NCBI GenBank assembly: GCA_963741955.1
Contig: CAVUKB010000007.1
Span: 1 to 64,000 of the forward strand
Origin: an uncultured Acidobacteriota bacterium
GTDB taxonomy: Bacteria; Acidobacteriota; Thermoanaerobaculia; Gp7-AA8
Length of the DNA: 64,000 nt
Direction: 5' to 3'
Positions 20,026 through 31,000 of the stretch are shown one piece after another. The translations under genes and the position numbers were made by a program. Under the pieces are notes generated by a model. It worked only from the letters and a program-made list of their open reading frames with translations. It was not told the DNA's origin and did no database searches. Within the stretch, counting starts at the first letter, position 1. The number at the start of each line of letters is the position of its first letter.

Positions 20026-22170
20026 CTATCCCGGCTGAGGCGCGCGTGCGAGAAGCGCTTCGAAGCGGGGTTGACCGCGGAGCCGATCGAGATCCGGATC
20101 ATTCGTCGCCCATTCAAGGGAGAGCCCGCCGTGCCCGACGGAGTTTTCGAGGCACGTCAGTGACTCGCCGATCTTCCCCAGCGCGAGATAGACGCACGCT
20201 GCGTTGTAGAGAATGATCGTCTCGTCGGGGTCGATCGAGACGGCGCGGGCGACCCATTCGGCCGCACGGTCGGGTTCCCCGAGCTCCACGAAGATCGCGG
20301 CTGCCATCGTCCACGCCCGTGTGTCGTCGGGATGCAGACGGATCCGTCGCTTCGCGGCCTCGATACATGCGAGATCCGCGCTTCGCGCCTTCGCCGTCTC
20401 GCCGGTGCGGCGGTAGCACATCCCCAGCAGGTACCACGAATCGTACGCTTCGGGATCGATCGCGCACGCTTCGCGAAAGTGACGGGCCGCTTCCGCCGGC
20501 TGGCCTCGTGAGAACTCGACCCGCCCGAAAATGTAGTGGGCATCATAGAGAGAGGGGTCGAGCGCGATCGAGCGCGCCAGCTCTCGCTCGGCGTCATCGA
20601 TCTTTCCCGTGACGAAGAGCGCCAGCCCGCGTGAGCACCTCGATTCCGCGAGATCGGGCTCGAGCTCCAGTGCCTTCAGACTCGCGCGATCCGCTGCTTC
20701 GACAGCGTTCTTCCCGTATCCGAAGTAGAGCCAGAGGAACGAATTCGAGTCGGCGATGCCCGCATAAGCGCGTGCATACCGCGGATCGAGCTCGATCACC
20801 CGCTGGAAGGTCTGCAGCGCGATCTCGTACCCCTTCTTCCGGTGCTGATGGAAGAACTGCCGTCCCTGAAGATAGATCTCCCACGCCTCGGTCTCGCTCG
20901 TCGAGACCGGCTGCTGAGGCTTCGCGACGAGCGTGACTTCGAGCGAGCGCGCGATCCGTTCCGCGATCTCGTCCTCGATCGCGAAGATGTCGCGCAACTC
21001 CCGGTCGTACCGCTCATACCAGAGCCGATATCCGTCGTCGACATTCACGAGCTGCGCCGAGATCCGCAACCGCTCACCCGCCCGCCGGACGCTCCCTTCC
21101 AGGACGGTATCGACGTTCAGTTTGTGACCGATCTCGCGAATGTCCACCGCCCTTCCCTTGAACTGGAATGCCGACGTGCGCGACGCGACGTACAGCTCGG
21201 GGACCGGTCGCAGCGCGGCGAGGATCTCCTCGGTGATGCCATCGCAGAGATACTCCTGGTCCTTCTCGGAGCTCATGTCGACGAACGGAAGGATCGCCAC
21301 CGAAGTCTTCTTCTGCACCGCGGCCCGGCGGACGGTGAGCGCGCCGGCATCGACGTCGAGCTGCATGTCGGCGAGATCGGCGATCATGTCGTCCATCCGC
21401 TCGTACCGCGCACGCACGCTCTTCGCGAGAGACCGCGCGATGATGCGATCGGCCTTCGACGGAAGCGGGAGCTCGTCGCTCGCGCGCGGGGCGTCGTCAT
21501 TGAGGATCGAATGGATGACCGCCTCGATTCGCCCGCCCCGGAACGGAAGGTGCGACGTGAGCATCTCGTAGAAAAGAACGCCGAGGGCCCAGATGTCCAC
21601 GCGGTGATCGACCGGCTCCCCGCGAATCTGTTCGGGCGCCATGTACGCCGGCGTCCCGATGATCCCGTCACCCGAAGATCGGGCGGGGCCGAGAAGTTTC
21701 GCGAGGCCGAAGTCGAGAATTTTCACCGTGTCGCGCGCGAGCACCACGATGTTCTCGGGCTTCACGTCGCGGTGAATGATCAACTCCTCGTGCGCCGCCG
21801 CGAGCCCGCGCGCGATCTGGATCGCGATGCCGACCGCGCGGTCGGCCGGAATCGCTCCACGCCGGATGATTCGGTCGAGCGTCTCCCCCTCGTAGTACGG
21901 CATGACGATGAACGTCTCGCCGTCGGCCGTTTCGTCGATCTCGAAGATGGTGCAGATATTGGGATGGTCGAGGGACGACGCTGCTCGCGCTTCCTGAACG
22001 AAACGCCTCCGCATCTCTTCGGAGCCCGTGACCGCTTCGTTCAGGAACTTCATCGCAACGCGCCGGCCGAGTTTCTCATCGATGGCGCGATAGACCACGC
22101 CCATTCCGCCGGCGCCCAGCTTCTCCTCGAGCCGGTAGTGAGAGATCCGACGCTCTTCCATGGCGCTCAT
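20026..22170 (-). CDS. Ser/Thr protein kinase with TolB-like and TPR domains
   Basis: LGAGGMGVVY, HRDVKPEN, DFGLAK and GTPAYMAPE; SVAILPFVDMS TolB-like segment; C-terminal TPRs. Confidence 0.95.
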   Translation of the reverse strand: MSAMEERRISHYRLEEKLGAGGMGVVYRAIDEKLGRRVAMKFLNEAVTGSEEMRRRFVQEARAASSLDHPNICTIFEIDETADGETFIVMPYYEGETLDRIIRRGAIPADRAVGIAIQIARGLAAAHEELIIHRDVKPENIVVLARDTVKILDFGLAKLLGPARSSGDGIIGTPAYMAPEQIRGEPVDHRVDIWALGVLFYEMLTSHLPFRGGRIEAVIHSILNDDAPRASDELPLPSKADRIIARSLAKSVRARYERMDDMIADLADMQLDVDAGALTVRRAAVQKKTSVAILPFVDMSSEKDQEYLCDGITEEILAALRPVPELYVASRTSAFQFKGRAVDIREIGHKLNVDTVLEGSVRRAGERLRISAQLVNVDDGYRLWYERYDRELRDIFAIEDEIAERIARSLEVTLVAKPQQPVSTSETEAWEIYLQGRQFFHQHRKKGYEIALQTFQRVIELDPRYARAYAGIADSNSFLWLYFGYGKNAVEAADRASLKALELEPDLAESRCSRGLALFVTGKIDDAERELARSIALDPSLYDAHYIFGRVEFSRGQPAEAARHFREACAIDPEAYDSWYLLGMCYRRTGETAKARSADLACIEAAKRRIRLHPDDTRAWTMAAAIFVELGEPDRAAEWVARAVSIDPDETIILYNAACVYLALGKIGESLTCLENSVGHGGLSLEWATNDPDLDRLRGQPRFEALLARAPQPG

Positions 22171-22239
22171 GCCGATTCGACCGGACGACGAGCTCGATCA
22201 GCGCTCCAATCAAAGATTGCGCCGCGGACCGGCGTTGTC

Positions 22240-24290
22240 CATGACGGCGATTTCATTTGCTATGAAATGGTGGGGCGTCTTCTCTCGGGGAAGACAGGTG
22301 TGGCCGCACCATCCGGGGCTCCGACGGCGATTTCATTTGCCATGAATTGGTGGGGCGTCTTCTCTCGGGGAAGACAGGTGTGGCCGCACCATCCAGGGCT
22401 CCGATGACGATTTCATTTGCGCGAATTGCCATCGACGGATCGGGCGTGTTTACCCTGAAGCGGTATCGTCGTCCGGAGGAGCAGCGGCTCCGACGTCGAT
22501 TTCATTTGCGCGATTTGAAACCCGCGGCGGCTTCTTCTGGATCGCGCGCTTCCGCGCAGTTCAGCCGTCCATCGCGAATCGCCCGCCGAGAAAACGCGCG
22601 CCCGTCCGTAGCAAATCCGTCCCCGCCCCCGGTGGTTTTCAAATCGCGCAAATGAAATCGCTCTCGAGCGCTGTCCGCCGCTCCATCACGAACCGTCCGC
22701 CGGGAAGACGCCCGGCCGTCCGTAGCACATCCGTCCCCGCCCCCGGTGGTTTTCAAATCGCGCAAATGAAATCGCACTCGAAGCCGATCCTCGACCCCCC
22801 CGCGACGGCCGTTCCTGAGGTGAGGATCCACTCGATCGATGGCAAATCGCGCAAATGAAATCGCGTTCGAGCGCTGTCCGCCGTTCCATCACGAATCGCC
22901 CGTCGGGAAGACGCCCGTCCGTCCGTAGCAAATCCGTCCATGACGTCGATTTCATTTGCCATGAATTGGTGGGGCGTCTTCTCTCGGGGAAGACAGGTGT
23001 GGCCGCACCATCCAGGGCTCCGATGACGATTTCATTTGCGCGAATTGCCATCGACGGATCGGGCGTGTTTACCCTGAAGCGGTATCGTCGTCCGGAGGAG
23101 CAGCGGCTCCGACGTCGATTTCATTTGCGCGATTTGAAACCCGCGGCGGCTTCTTCTGGATCGCGCGCTTCCGCGCAGTTCAGCCGTCCATCGCGAATCG
23201 CCCGCCGAGAAAACGCGCGCCCGTCCGTAGCAAATCCGTCCCCGCCCCCGGTGGTTTTCAAATCGCGCAAATGAAATCGCACTCGAAGCCGATACTCGAA
23301 CCCGCGCGGCGCCCGTTCCTGAGGTGAGGATCCACGCGATCGATGGCAAATCGCGCAAATGAAATCGCGTTCGAGCGCTGTCCGCCGCTCCATCACGAAC
23401 CGTCCGCCGGGAAGACGCCCGGCCGTCCGTAGCAAATCCGTCCATGACGTCGATTTCATTTGCCATGAATTGGTGGGGCGTCTTCTCTCGGGGAAGACAG
23501 GTGTGGCCGCACCATCCAGGGCTCCGATGACGATTTCATTTGCGCGAATTGCCATCGACGGATCGGGCGTGTTTACCCTGAAGCGGTATCGTCGTCCGGA
23601 GGAGCAGCGGCTCCGACGTCGATTTCATTTGCGCGATTTGAAACCCGCGGCGGCTTCTTCTGGATCGCGCGCTTCCGCGCAGTTCAGCCGTCCATCGCGA
23701 ATCGCCCGCCGAGAAAACGCGCGCCCGTCCGTAGCAAATCCGTCCCCGCCCCCGGTGGTTTTCAAATCGCGCAAATGAAATCGCTCTCGAAGCCGATCCT
23801 CGACCCCCCCGCGACGGCCGTTCCTGAGGTGAGGATCCACTCGATCGATGGCAAATCGCGCAAATGAAATCGTGTTCTGGCGCTTCCCGCCGCTCCATCA
23901 CGAACCGTCCGCCGAGAAGACGCCCGTCCGTCCGTAGCAAATCCGTCCGCCGGGAAGACGCCCGGCCGTCCATCGCGAATCGCCCGCCGAGAAAACGCGC
24001 GCCCGTCCGTAGCAAATCCGCCCCCGCCCCGGTGGTTTTCAAATCGCGCAAATGAAATCGCTCTCGAAGCCGATCCTCGACCCCCCGCGACGGCCGTTCC
24101 TGAGGTGAGGATCCACTCGATCGATGGCAAATCGCGCAAATGAAATCGCGTTCGAGCGCCGTCCGCCGCTCCATCACGAAAGGGCCGCCGAGAAGACGCC
24201 CGCCCGGCCATAGCAAATCCGTCCCCGGGGAAGACGCCCGTCCGTCCATGGCAAATCGGTCCCCGCCCCCGGTGGTTTTCAAATCGCGGA
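22240..24290. repeat. Complex intergenic tandem array of nested inverted repeats
   Basis: About 19 copies of GCAAATGAAATCG in both orientations; macro-units of 619 bp (22328->22947) and 504 bp (22947->23451); 24-bp perfect IR bounding 22497-22660. Confidence 0.92.
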
Positions 24291-24300
24291 AAGATCCGGG

Positions 24301-25191
24301 TCAGGACTTTCTTTCGAGAGCATCGCGATCCCATCCGCCGCGGTCGGCTGCAGCCGCGTACGTCGACCGGCAGAAGTCGAGAAGGATCGCTTCGGGGTCC
24401 GACGCACCTCGCACCGCGTCGTAGTCGAGATAGAACCCGCCGAGGTCCGGGAGGTACGTCGCTGATTCGGGCCGGATCGTCGCGGCGCGGAATCCGTCAG
24501 GCTCGGGGGCCGCATAAGAGTAGAACGACGCGCGCTCGAGCCGTTCGTCGCCCGGCCAGAAGCCGACGCTGCTGACTTCGTGCGAATACGCTTCGCGCGT
24601 GACCGCGTCCGCCTCCGGGCGTGCGGGAGCGGGGCGGCCGGAGAAGCGGGTGACGGCGAGGTCGAAACTTCCCCAGAAGAAATGGACCGGGCTGCACTTG
24701 CCGACGAACTCGGAGCGAAACTTCGTGAAGACCTCATCGGTCAGGGCGAGAACGCGCCAGAAGCGGTTGGCGAAGTCCCGGTCGTACGATGCGTGCTTCC
24801 GATCGCGGTCGAGAGGGGTGGTGTCGGCGATCTCCACCGGAACAGGCCAGATGCTGCATTCGATGTCGAGTCCGCGGAGGGTCGAGAAAACCGCGTCGTA
24901 GAAATCGGCCACGCTGCGCGGCTCGAGCTCGATGGCTGCGTCCCGGCCGTCGCTGCTGCGGATCCGGAGGACGTGCGCGACGAAATCGAACTCCATGTCG
25001 AACCAGCGGTCCCGCCAGGGAATGGCGGATGTGGTCAGCCCTCGCGCAGTCACGTAGAGCGGGACGTTCCACCAGTGGTTCACGAGCGGGGTCAGCGCCA
25101 GACGGATCTTCCCCACGATCTGGGTCCAGCGATGCAACGTGTCACGTGTGTCGCGCCATTCGTGGAGCGGGAGGTCCGGCCAGACGTTCAT
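24301..25191 (-). CDS. DUF5996 family protein
   Basis: TLHRWTQIVGKIRL, NHWWNVPLYV, SPVHFFWGSFDLAVTRFSGR and EAYSHEVSSVGFWPG. Confidence 0.88.
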   Translation of the reverse strand: MNVWPDLPLHEWRDTRDTLHRWTQIVGKIRLALTPLVNHWWNVPLYVTARGLTTSAIPWRDRWFDMEFDFVAHVLRIRSSDGRDAAIELEPRSVADFYDAVFSTLRGLDIECSIWPVPVEIADTTPLDRDRKHASYDRDFANRFWRVLALTDEVFTKFRSEFVGKCSPVHFFWGSFDLAVTRFSGRPAPARPEADAVTREAYSHEVSSVGFWPGDERLERASFYSYAAPEPDGFRAATIRPESATYLPDLGGFYLDYDAVRGASDPEAILLDFCRSTYAAAADRGGWDRDALERKS

Positions 25192-25248
25192 CGTCGAATC
25201 ATCGCATGAAACGGAGGTCACGGAGGCGCGGTGGAAGGCCACCGCTCT

Positions 25249-26970
25249 CTATGACATACCAGCGGATTCGTCGGACGAGCGCTTCCGCATCTCTTCATCC
25301 TTGAGCTCGCGACGCAGGACCTTCTGGACTGCGCTCTTCGGAAGTTCCTTTCGGAACTCGAGCGCCTTCGGGACCTTGTAGGCGGCCAGCTCCTCTTTAC
25401 AGAACGCGATGATCTCGTCCTCCGTCGCATTCACCCCGGCCTTCAGTACCACGAACGACTTCACGGTCTCGCCTCGTTTCGGATCCGGAATCCCGATGGT
25501 GGCCGACTCGAGGATCTTCGGGTGACTCATCAGTACGCGGTCGACCTCGTCGGGATAGACGTTGTAGCCGCTGGCGAGAATCATCTCCTTCTTGCGGCCG
25601 CAGATCCAGAAGTAGCCTTCCTCGTCCATGCGCGCGAGATCGCCGGTATACAGCCAGCCGTTCCTCAGTGTCGCGTCGGTGTCCTTCGGCCGGTTCCAGT
25701 AACCCTTCATCACCTGCGGTCCCCTGAGAATCAACTCTCCTTCTTCGCCTGACGGGACGTCTCGCGTCCCCTCGACCATGTCGACGACGCGGGCTTCGGT
25801 GTCCGGAATCGGGATTCCGATACTCCCCGGCTTCCGCTTTCCCTTCACTGGATTGCAGTGCGTCACCGGAGAGGTTTCGGTCAGGCCGAATCCCTCCACG
25901 ATGCGTCCTCCGGTCAGCTTCTCGAAGTCCTCCATGATCTGGACCGGGAGGGGTGCAGAACCGGAGAAGCACCCCTTCACCGACGTCAGATCCACCTTCT
26001 TCGATGAAGGATGGTTGAGGACTGCGTTGAAGAGGGCAGGGAGAGAGGGATAGATCGACACCCGGTGCTTCGCGATGAGGGAGATCATCTTCGGGATGTC
26101 CCGCGGATTGGCCATCAGGATGATGGTTCCGCCCATCGCGACCGCCCAGTTCAGCGACACGGTCATTCCGAAGATGTGGAAGAAGGGGAGGCACGCCAGC
26201 CACGTATCCTCACCCGGTTTCAGCGAGGGAAACCACGAGATGGTCTGCTGCACGTTGCAGGAGAGGTTCCTGTGAGTGAGCATGGCTCCCTTGGAGAGTC
26301 CGGTGGTTCCTCCGGTGTACTGGAGAACGGCAACGGAATCGAGGTCGGGCTCCTCGAAATCGCGCCACGGTTCGTGGCTCTGGAGGAGCTGCATGAAGTC
26401 GTGGACGTTCGGTTCGGGCGCGACTTTCGCCGCGAGCCCTTCGCGACTCAGCTTGATGCGGGCCAGCCAGCGGAGAGGAGCCTGGAGCGTGTCGGCGATT
26501 GCGGTGGTGATGTAGTGCTTCACCGCGAGCTTGTCGCGGATCCCGCGCACTCGCTGCTCGAAGAGCCAGTCTCCGACGACCGCGACCTCGACGCCCGCAT
26601 CGTTCCACTGGTGCACGATCTCCCGTTCGACGTACAGAGGATTGGTCATCACCACCTCGGCTCCGAGAGCGAGGCCGGCGTAGTATGCGATGACGGTCTG
26701 CGGCAGGTTCGGCAATTGGATCGCGAGTCTGCTTCCTCGGGTGACGCCGAGAGATGCCAGTGCGGCCGCGAACCTCCGGACCGCGTCTTCGAGTTGACCG
26801 TACGTAAACTCCCCGTTCTCGAAGACCAGCGCCTTCCGTCCTGCGTGACGGGCCGCCGTCGCGAAGAGATTTCCCGGGATCGAGCGTTCCGTGTATCGAA
26901 TCGACTGCGGAACTCCCTCTTCGTACCATTTCAGCCAGGGCTTCGTCTCCACCGCCACGGGTGTATCCAT
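25249..26970 (-). CDS. fadD: Long-chain fatty acid-CoA ligase
   Basis: LQYTGGTTGLSKG, EGFGLTETSP, GPQVMKGYW, TGDLA and GRKKEMI motifs. Confidence 0.9.
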   Translation of the reverse strand: MDTPVAVETKPWLKWYEEGVPQSIRYTERSIPGNLFATAARHAGRKALVFENGEFTYGQLEDAVRRFAAALASLGVTRGSRLAIQLPNLPQTVIAYYAGLALGAEVVMTNPLYVEREIVHQWNDAGVEVAVVGDWLFEQRVRGIRDKLAVKHYITTAIADTLQAPLRWLARIKLSREGLAAKVAPEPNVHDFMQLLQSHEPWRDFEEPDLDSVAVLQYTGGTTGLSKGAMLTHRNLSCNVQQTISWFPSLKPGEDTWLACLPFFHIFGMTVSLNWAVAMGGTIILMANPRDIPKMISLIAKHRVSIYPSLPALFNAVLNHPSSKKVDLTSVKGCFSGSAPLPVQIMEDFEKLTGGRIVEGFGLTETSPVTHCNPVKGKRKPGSIGIPIPDTEARVVDMVEGTRDVPSGEEGELILRGPQVMKGYWNRPKDTDATLRNGWLYTGDLARMDEEGYFWICGRKKEMILASGYNVYPDEVDRVLMSHPKILESATIGIPDPKRGETVKSFVVLKAGVNATEDEIIAFCKEELAAYKVPKALEFRKELPKSAVQKVLRRELKDEEMRKRSSDESAGMS

Positions 26971-27175
26971 CGCGCTCCCCTTTCGACACGCTTCCGTCGG
27001 CGGGCGCCGGAGAGATCGGCGCCCGGTCTCACGTTCCTGATCGCGAAAAGGTACTCCTCTTCCCTGATCGAGGGAAGCTCACTCGGTCATGTGACGCGTG
27101 ATGCGGTTGAGCCGCGATCGCGGGAACGCGCCATCCGCTCTCCCTCTCCGCGCCGGAGATGAAGTGAATACCTTC

Positions 27176-27724
27176 CTATGAGCCTCCCTCGACGTGCTGG
27201 AGGTATTTCCGGGCTTCGCTGCGGATCCACGTCACGGGTGAGTCGGCCAGGAGCCGCGCCTTGAAGATTCCACTCTTCGATCCGAGCAGCCGGAGCGCAT
27301 GAAGGGCCTGACCGGTGACTGCCTCGTCATCGAGGAGGCGCACCAGGAGATCGGCTCGCTTCTTTCCGCCGTACTGCCCGAGGAGAAGCACGAACGGCTC
27401 ACGCCCGCGGCCGTAGCGTGCGTCTCCGGCGATCGCCTCGACCGCGGTCCAGAACTCCTCGCCCGAGCGAAGCCTGCGGTTGGCCTTCAGGGCGCTTCTG
27501 ATCGATTCCCCGATGTTCCACACCACGATGGTCGTGTCCAGTGCGTTCCAAGAGCCGGCTGTCTCTTCGAGAAATTCCGGGAGACCGGCAGCGAGAGCGG
27601 CCACGTCGCGACGCTGCAGATTCTCGCCGCTGATCCGTTCAGAAAGGCGGATCGCCTCGGCGGGTCCGATTCGAAGAAGAGATCGTAGCTGCGGGTGCAG
27701 CATGCGTCGTTCGGGATCTGGCAT
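27176..27724 (-). CDS. Hypothetical HEAT-repeat-like protein
   Basis: Helical repeats LLVRLLDDEAVTGQALHALRLL / SPVTWIRSEARKYL; start uncertain. Confidence 0.55.
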   Translation of the reverse strand: MPDPERRMLHPQLRSLLRIGPAEAIRLSERISGENLQRRDVAALAAGLPEFLEETAGSWNALDTTIVVWNIGESIRSALKANRRLRSGEEFWTAVEAIAGDARYGRGREPFVLLLGQYGGKKRADLLVRLLDDEAVTGQALHALRLLGSKSGIFKARLLADSPVTWIRSEARKYLQHVEGGS

Positions 27725-28030
27725 TCGGGGCTCCTCCCACCGCTGCAAGGCAGCGTCTCGGCAAGAGGAGAAGAGTTCAATCTTCACGCCTGATGCGGGG
27801 GTAATTCCGAATGTGAAGGAGAGCCCTCGGAACCGGAGGCCGGGTTCGCTTTCGCGTACGCTCGAGGCCGGGTGCCGAGGCGAGTTCGAGCTGCCTTCAC
27901 ACGTTCTCCTCGAGATCTCCTGTTGCACCCGTCTCGGAACGGGATAGAATTCGACGTCTCCACGTTCTCTCGCAACAACGACAGCAAAAAAACTGCTCCG
28001 GCGGCATCCGGCTGCCGAAAGGATTTGTGA

Positions 28031-31000
28031 ATGACCATTCGCTTTCTCAATGCGATCAGAGCCCTTCTCCTTCTGGCCATCTTCGTCACGGCAACGACGG
28101 CTCATGCTTCGTCCGACGTCGTGATCAGTCAGGTCTACGGTGGCGGCGGAAACAGCGGTGCGACGTACCGGAACGATTTCGTCGAGCTGTTCAACCGCGG
28201 AACGTCGACCGTCGATCTCACCGGCTGGTCGGTGCAGTACGCAAGCTCCTCCGGGAGCAGCTGGCAGGTCACGCCGCTCGCCGGATCGATCGCACCGGGG
28301 CATTACTATCTGGTGCAGGAAAACGCGGGCAGCGGGGGCTCGGTGAATCTTCCCGCTCCCGACGCGACGGGGGGCATCTCGATGTCCGCGTCGTCGGGTA
28401 AAGTGGCGCTGGCGGCTTCGGCCTCTCCCCTCGCCGGGACGTGTCCGTCCGTCGTCGACTTCGTCGGATTCGGTTCGGCCAACTGCTTCGAAGGAGCCGC
28501 GGCCACACCCGGCCTGTCGAACACAACCGCGGCCTTCCGGAATGAAGATGGGTGCGCGGACACGGACGACAACACGGGAGACTTCTCGACCGGCAGCCCC
28601 TCGCCCCGCAACAGCGCCTCGCCGGTGCATTCGTGCGGAGCGGTCGTTCCATCACCCCCGACGGGCATCGGCCAGGCCGATCCGAACAGCGTCAGTCCGG
28701 GAGCCGTGACCCTGCTCACCGTGACCGTGACCGCGGGGACGCTTCCGCCGAGCACGGGGATCACTGTGGCCGCGGACCTCGGGTCGATCGGCGGAGTCTC
28801 GTCGCAGCCGTTCTACGACGACGGCACGCACGGCGACATCACCGCGGCCGACGGCACGTATTCGTTCGCCGCTCACGTCGCGAGCTCGACACCTCTCGGC
28901 GCGACGAGCCTTCCGGTCCAGATCGGCGACGCGGAAGGGAGAAGCTCCACGACGACGATCGACTTCAGTGTCGATTCGCCGACCCTCGCTCCCGGAACCG
29001 TCGTCATCAGCCAGATCTACGGAGGCGGCGGGAACTCGGGAGCGACACTGAAGAACGATTTCATCGAGCTCTTCAACCGTAGCGACTCACCGGTCGATCT
29101 CAACGGATGGAGTGTCCAGTACATCAACTCGAGCGGGTCGTTCGACGGTGCGATGACTCTCCTCTCCGGAGTGATCGAGCCGCACGGCTACTTCCTGATT
29201 CAGGAAGCGCAGGGGACTGGAGGAACGCTCGACCTCCCGACTCCCGATCTCTCCGGCGCGATCGCGATGGGCGCGGGCGGCGGGAAGATCGCACTGGTCG
29301 CATCGGCGGCCGCGCTCAGCGGCGCGTGCCCGACCGGAGGGGGGATCATCGATTTCGCAGGCTACGGCAATGCGAACTGTTCCGAAACGACCTCCATCGG
29401 AAATCTTTCGAATACCACCGCCGCGTTCCGTAAATCGGGCGGCTGCAAAGAGACCAACGACAACGCCCACGACTTCTTCGTCGCCGCTCCCGCGCCGCGG
29501 AACTCCTCGACGCCGGTGAACGACTGCAGCACGGTCGAGCCGCCGTCGGCCCCGCATGTGGTGATCAGCCAGATCTACGGAGGCGGCGGAAACTCCGGCG
29601 CGGTGTACAGCAACGACTTCGTCGAGCTGTACAACCCGACCGCAGCGGCAGTCGATCTCGAGAACTGGTCGATTCAATACGCGTCGTCCACCGGGAACAC
29701 CTGGGGTTCGAACAGCCAGCCTCTGGGCGGAGTGATCGAGCCCGGCGGCTACTTCCTGATCGAGCTCGGCGCCGGTGCCGGAGGGGGCACTCCCGTTCCG
29801 TCGCCCCGCATCGTGAGCGACATCAACATGAGCGCTTCGAGCGGGAAGCTCGCGCTGGTGAGACGGGTCGAAGGGCTCACCGGCAACTGTCCGATCGGCG
29901 ATCCCTTCCTGGTCGACTTCATCGGTTACGGGTCGGCCGACTGTTACGAAGGGGGACTGAACGCACCTTCGCTGAACAACTCTCAGTCACTTCTCCGGGC
30001 CAATGGCGGGGAGACCGACACAGACCAGAACAGTGACGACTTCACCCGCGGCACGCCCGACCCGCGCGGGAGCGGAGCTCTGGTCGATCTCGCTCCGCGC
30101 ATTACGGGCGTCGATCCTTCCGGAGCGGACGCTCCGTTCGACGCGAGCGTCACCATCAACTTCAGCGAGCCGGTGATGGTCACCGGGCCGTGGTTCACCA
30201 TCGGATGTTCGAGCTCCGGTCCGCACAGTGACGTCGAAGTGGCATCCGCATTCTCGGCAAGCACGTGGATTCTCACGCCCAACGTCACGCTCATACCGGG
30301 CGAGCTCTGTACGGTGCACGTCGTCGGAGGCCTGATCACGGATCTCGACGGTGCTCCTCAGAATCTCCCTTCGGACGTCGAATGGACGTTCACCGTCGCG
30401 ACGGGGACACCGGTGGAGACGGCCGGTGTTCATCTCACGATGGGAATCCCGTCGAATGCGTCGCTCGACGATCCCGACGACTACCTGATGGAAAAGCCGG
30501 AGTTCGCGCTCTCGTACAATCGGGATCGCGGCACGGCGAACTGGGTGAGCTGGCACCTGAGTGACGAGTGGACCAGTGGTGGCTCCGGTGGCCGGACCGA
30601 CACGTTCCGCCCCGATCCGGCGCTGACGCGCGAGTGGTACCGCGTCCTTCAAACCGACTACGCGGGCTCCGGTTTCGACCGCGGCCACATGTGCCCGAGC
30701 GCCGATCGCACCGCGGACATTCCGGTGAATCAGGCGACGTTCCTGATGGCCAACATGGTCCCGCAGTCTCCGGACAACAACCAGGGACCGTGGGAGCAGT
30801 TCGAGAGCGATCTCCGCGCGCTCCTTCCCGGGAACGAGATCTACATCGTCTCCGGGCCGGAAGGAATCGGAGGGAGTGGCAGCAACGGGTACGCGGAGAC
30901 CATCGCCGGCGGGCACGTCACCGTTCCCTCCAGCACATGGAAGGTCGCCCTGGTGCTCCCGAAGATGAATGGCGATGACGTGTCGAGGGTCACGGCTGCA

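Noticed and set aside
22240-24290. CRISPR array
   Set aside because: Repeats occur in both orientations, the intervening sequences are themselves repeated and longer than 55 bp, and no cas genes are present.
22347-24334. ORFs within the palindromic array
   Set aside because: Arg/Ser-rich translations in all frames with no RBS; by-products of the repeats.
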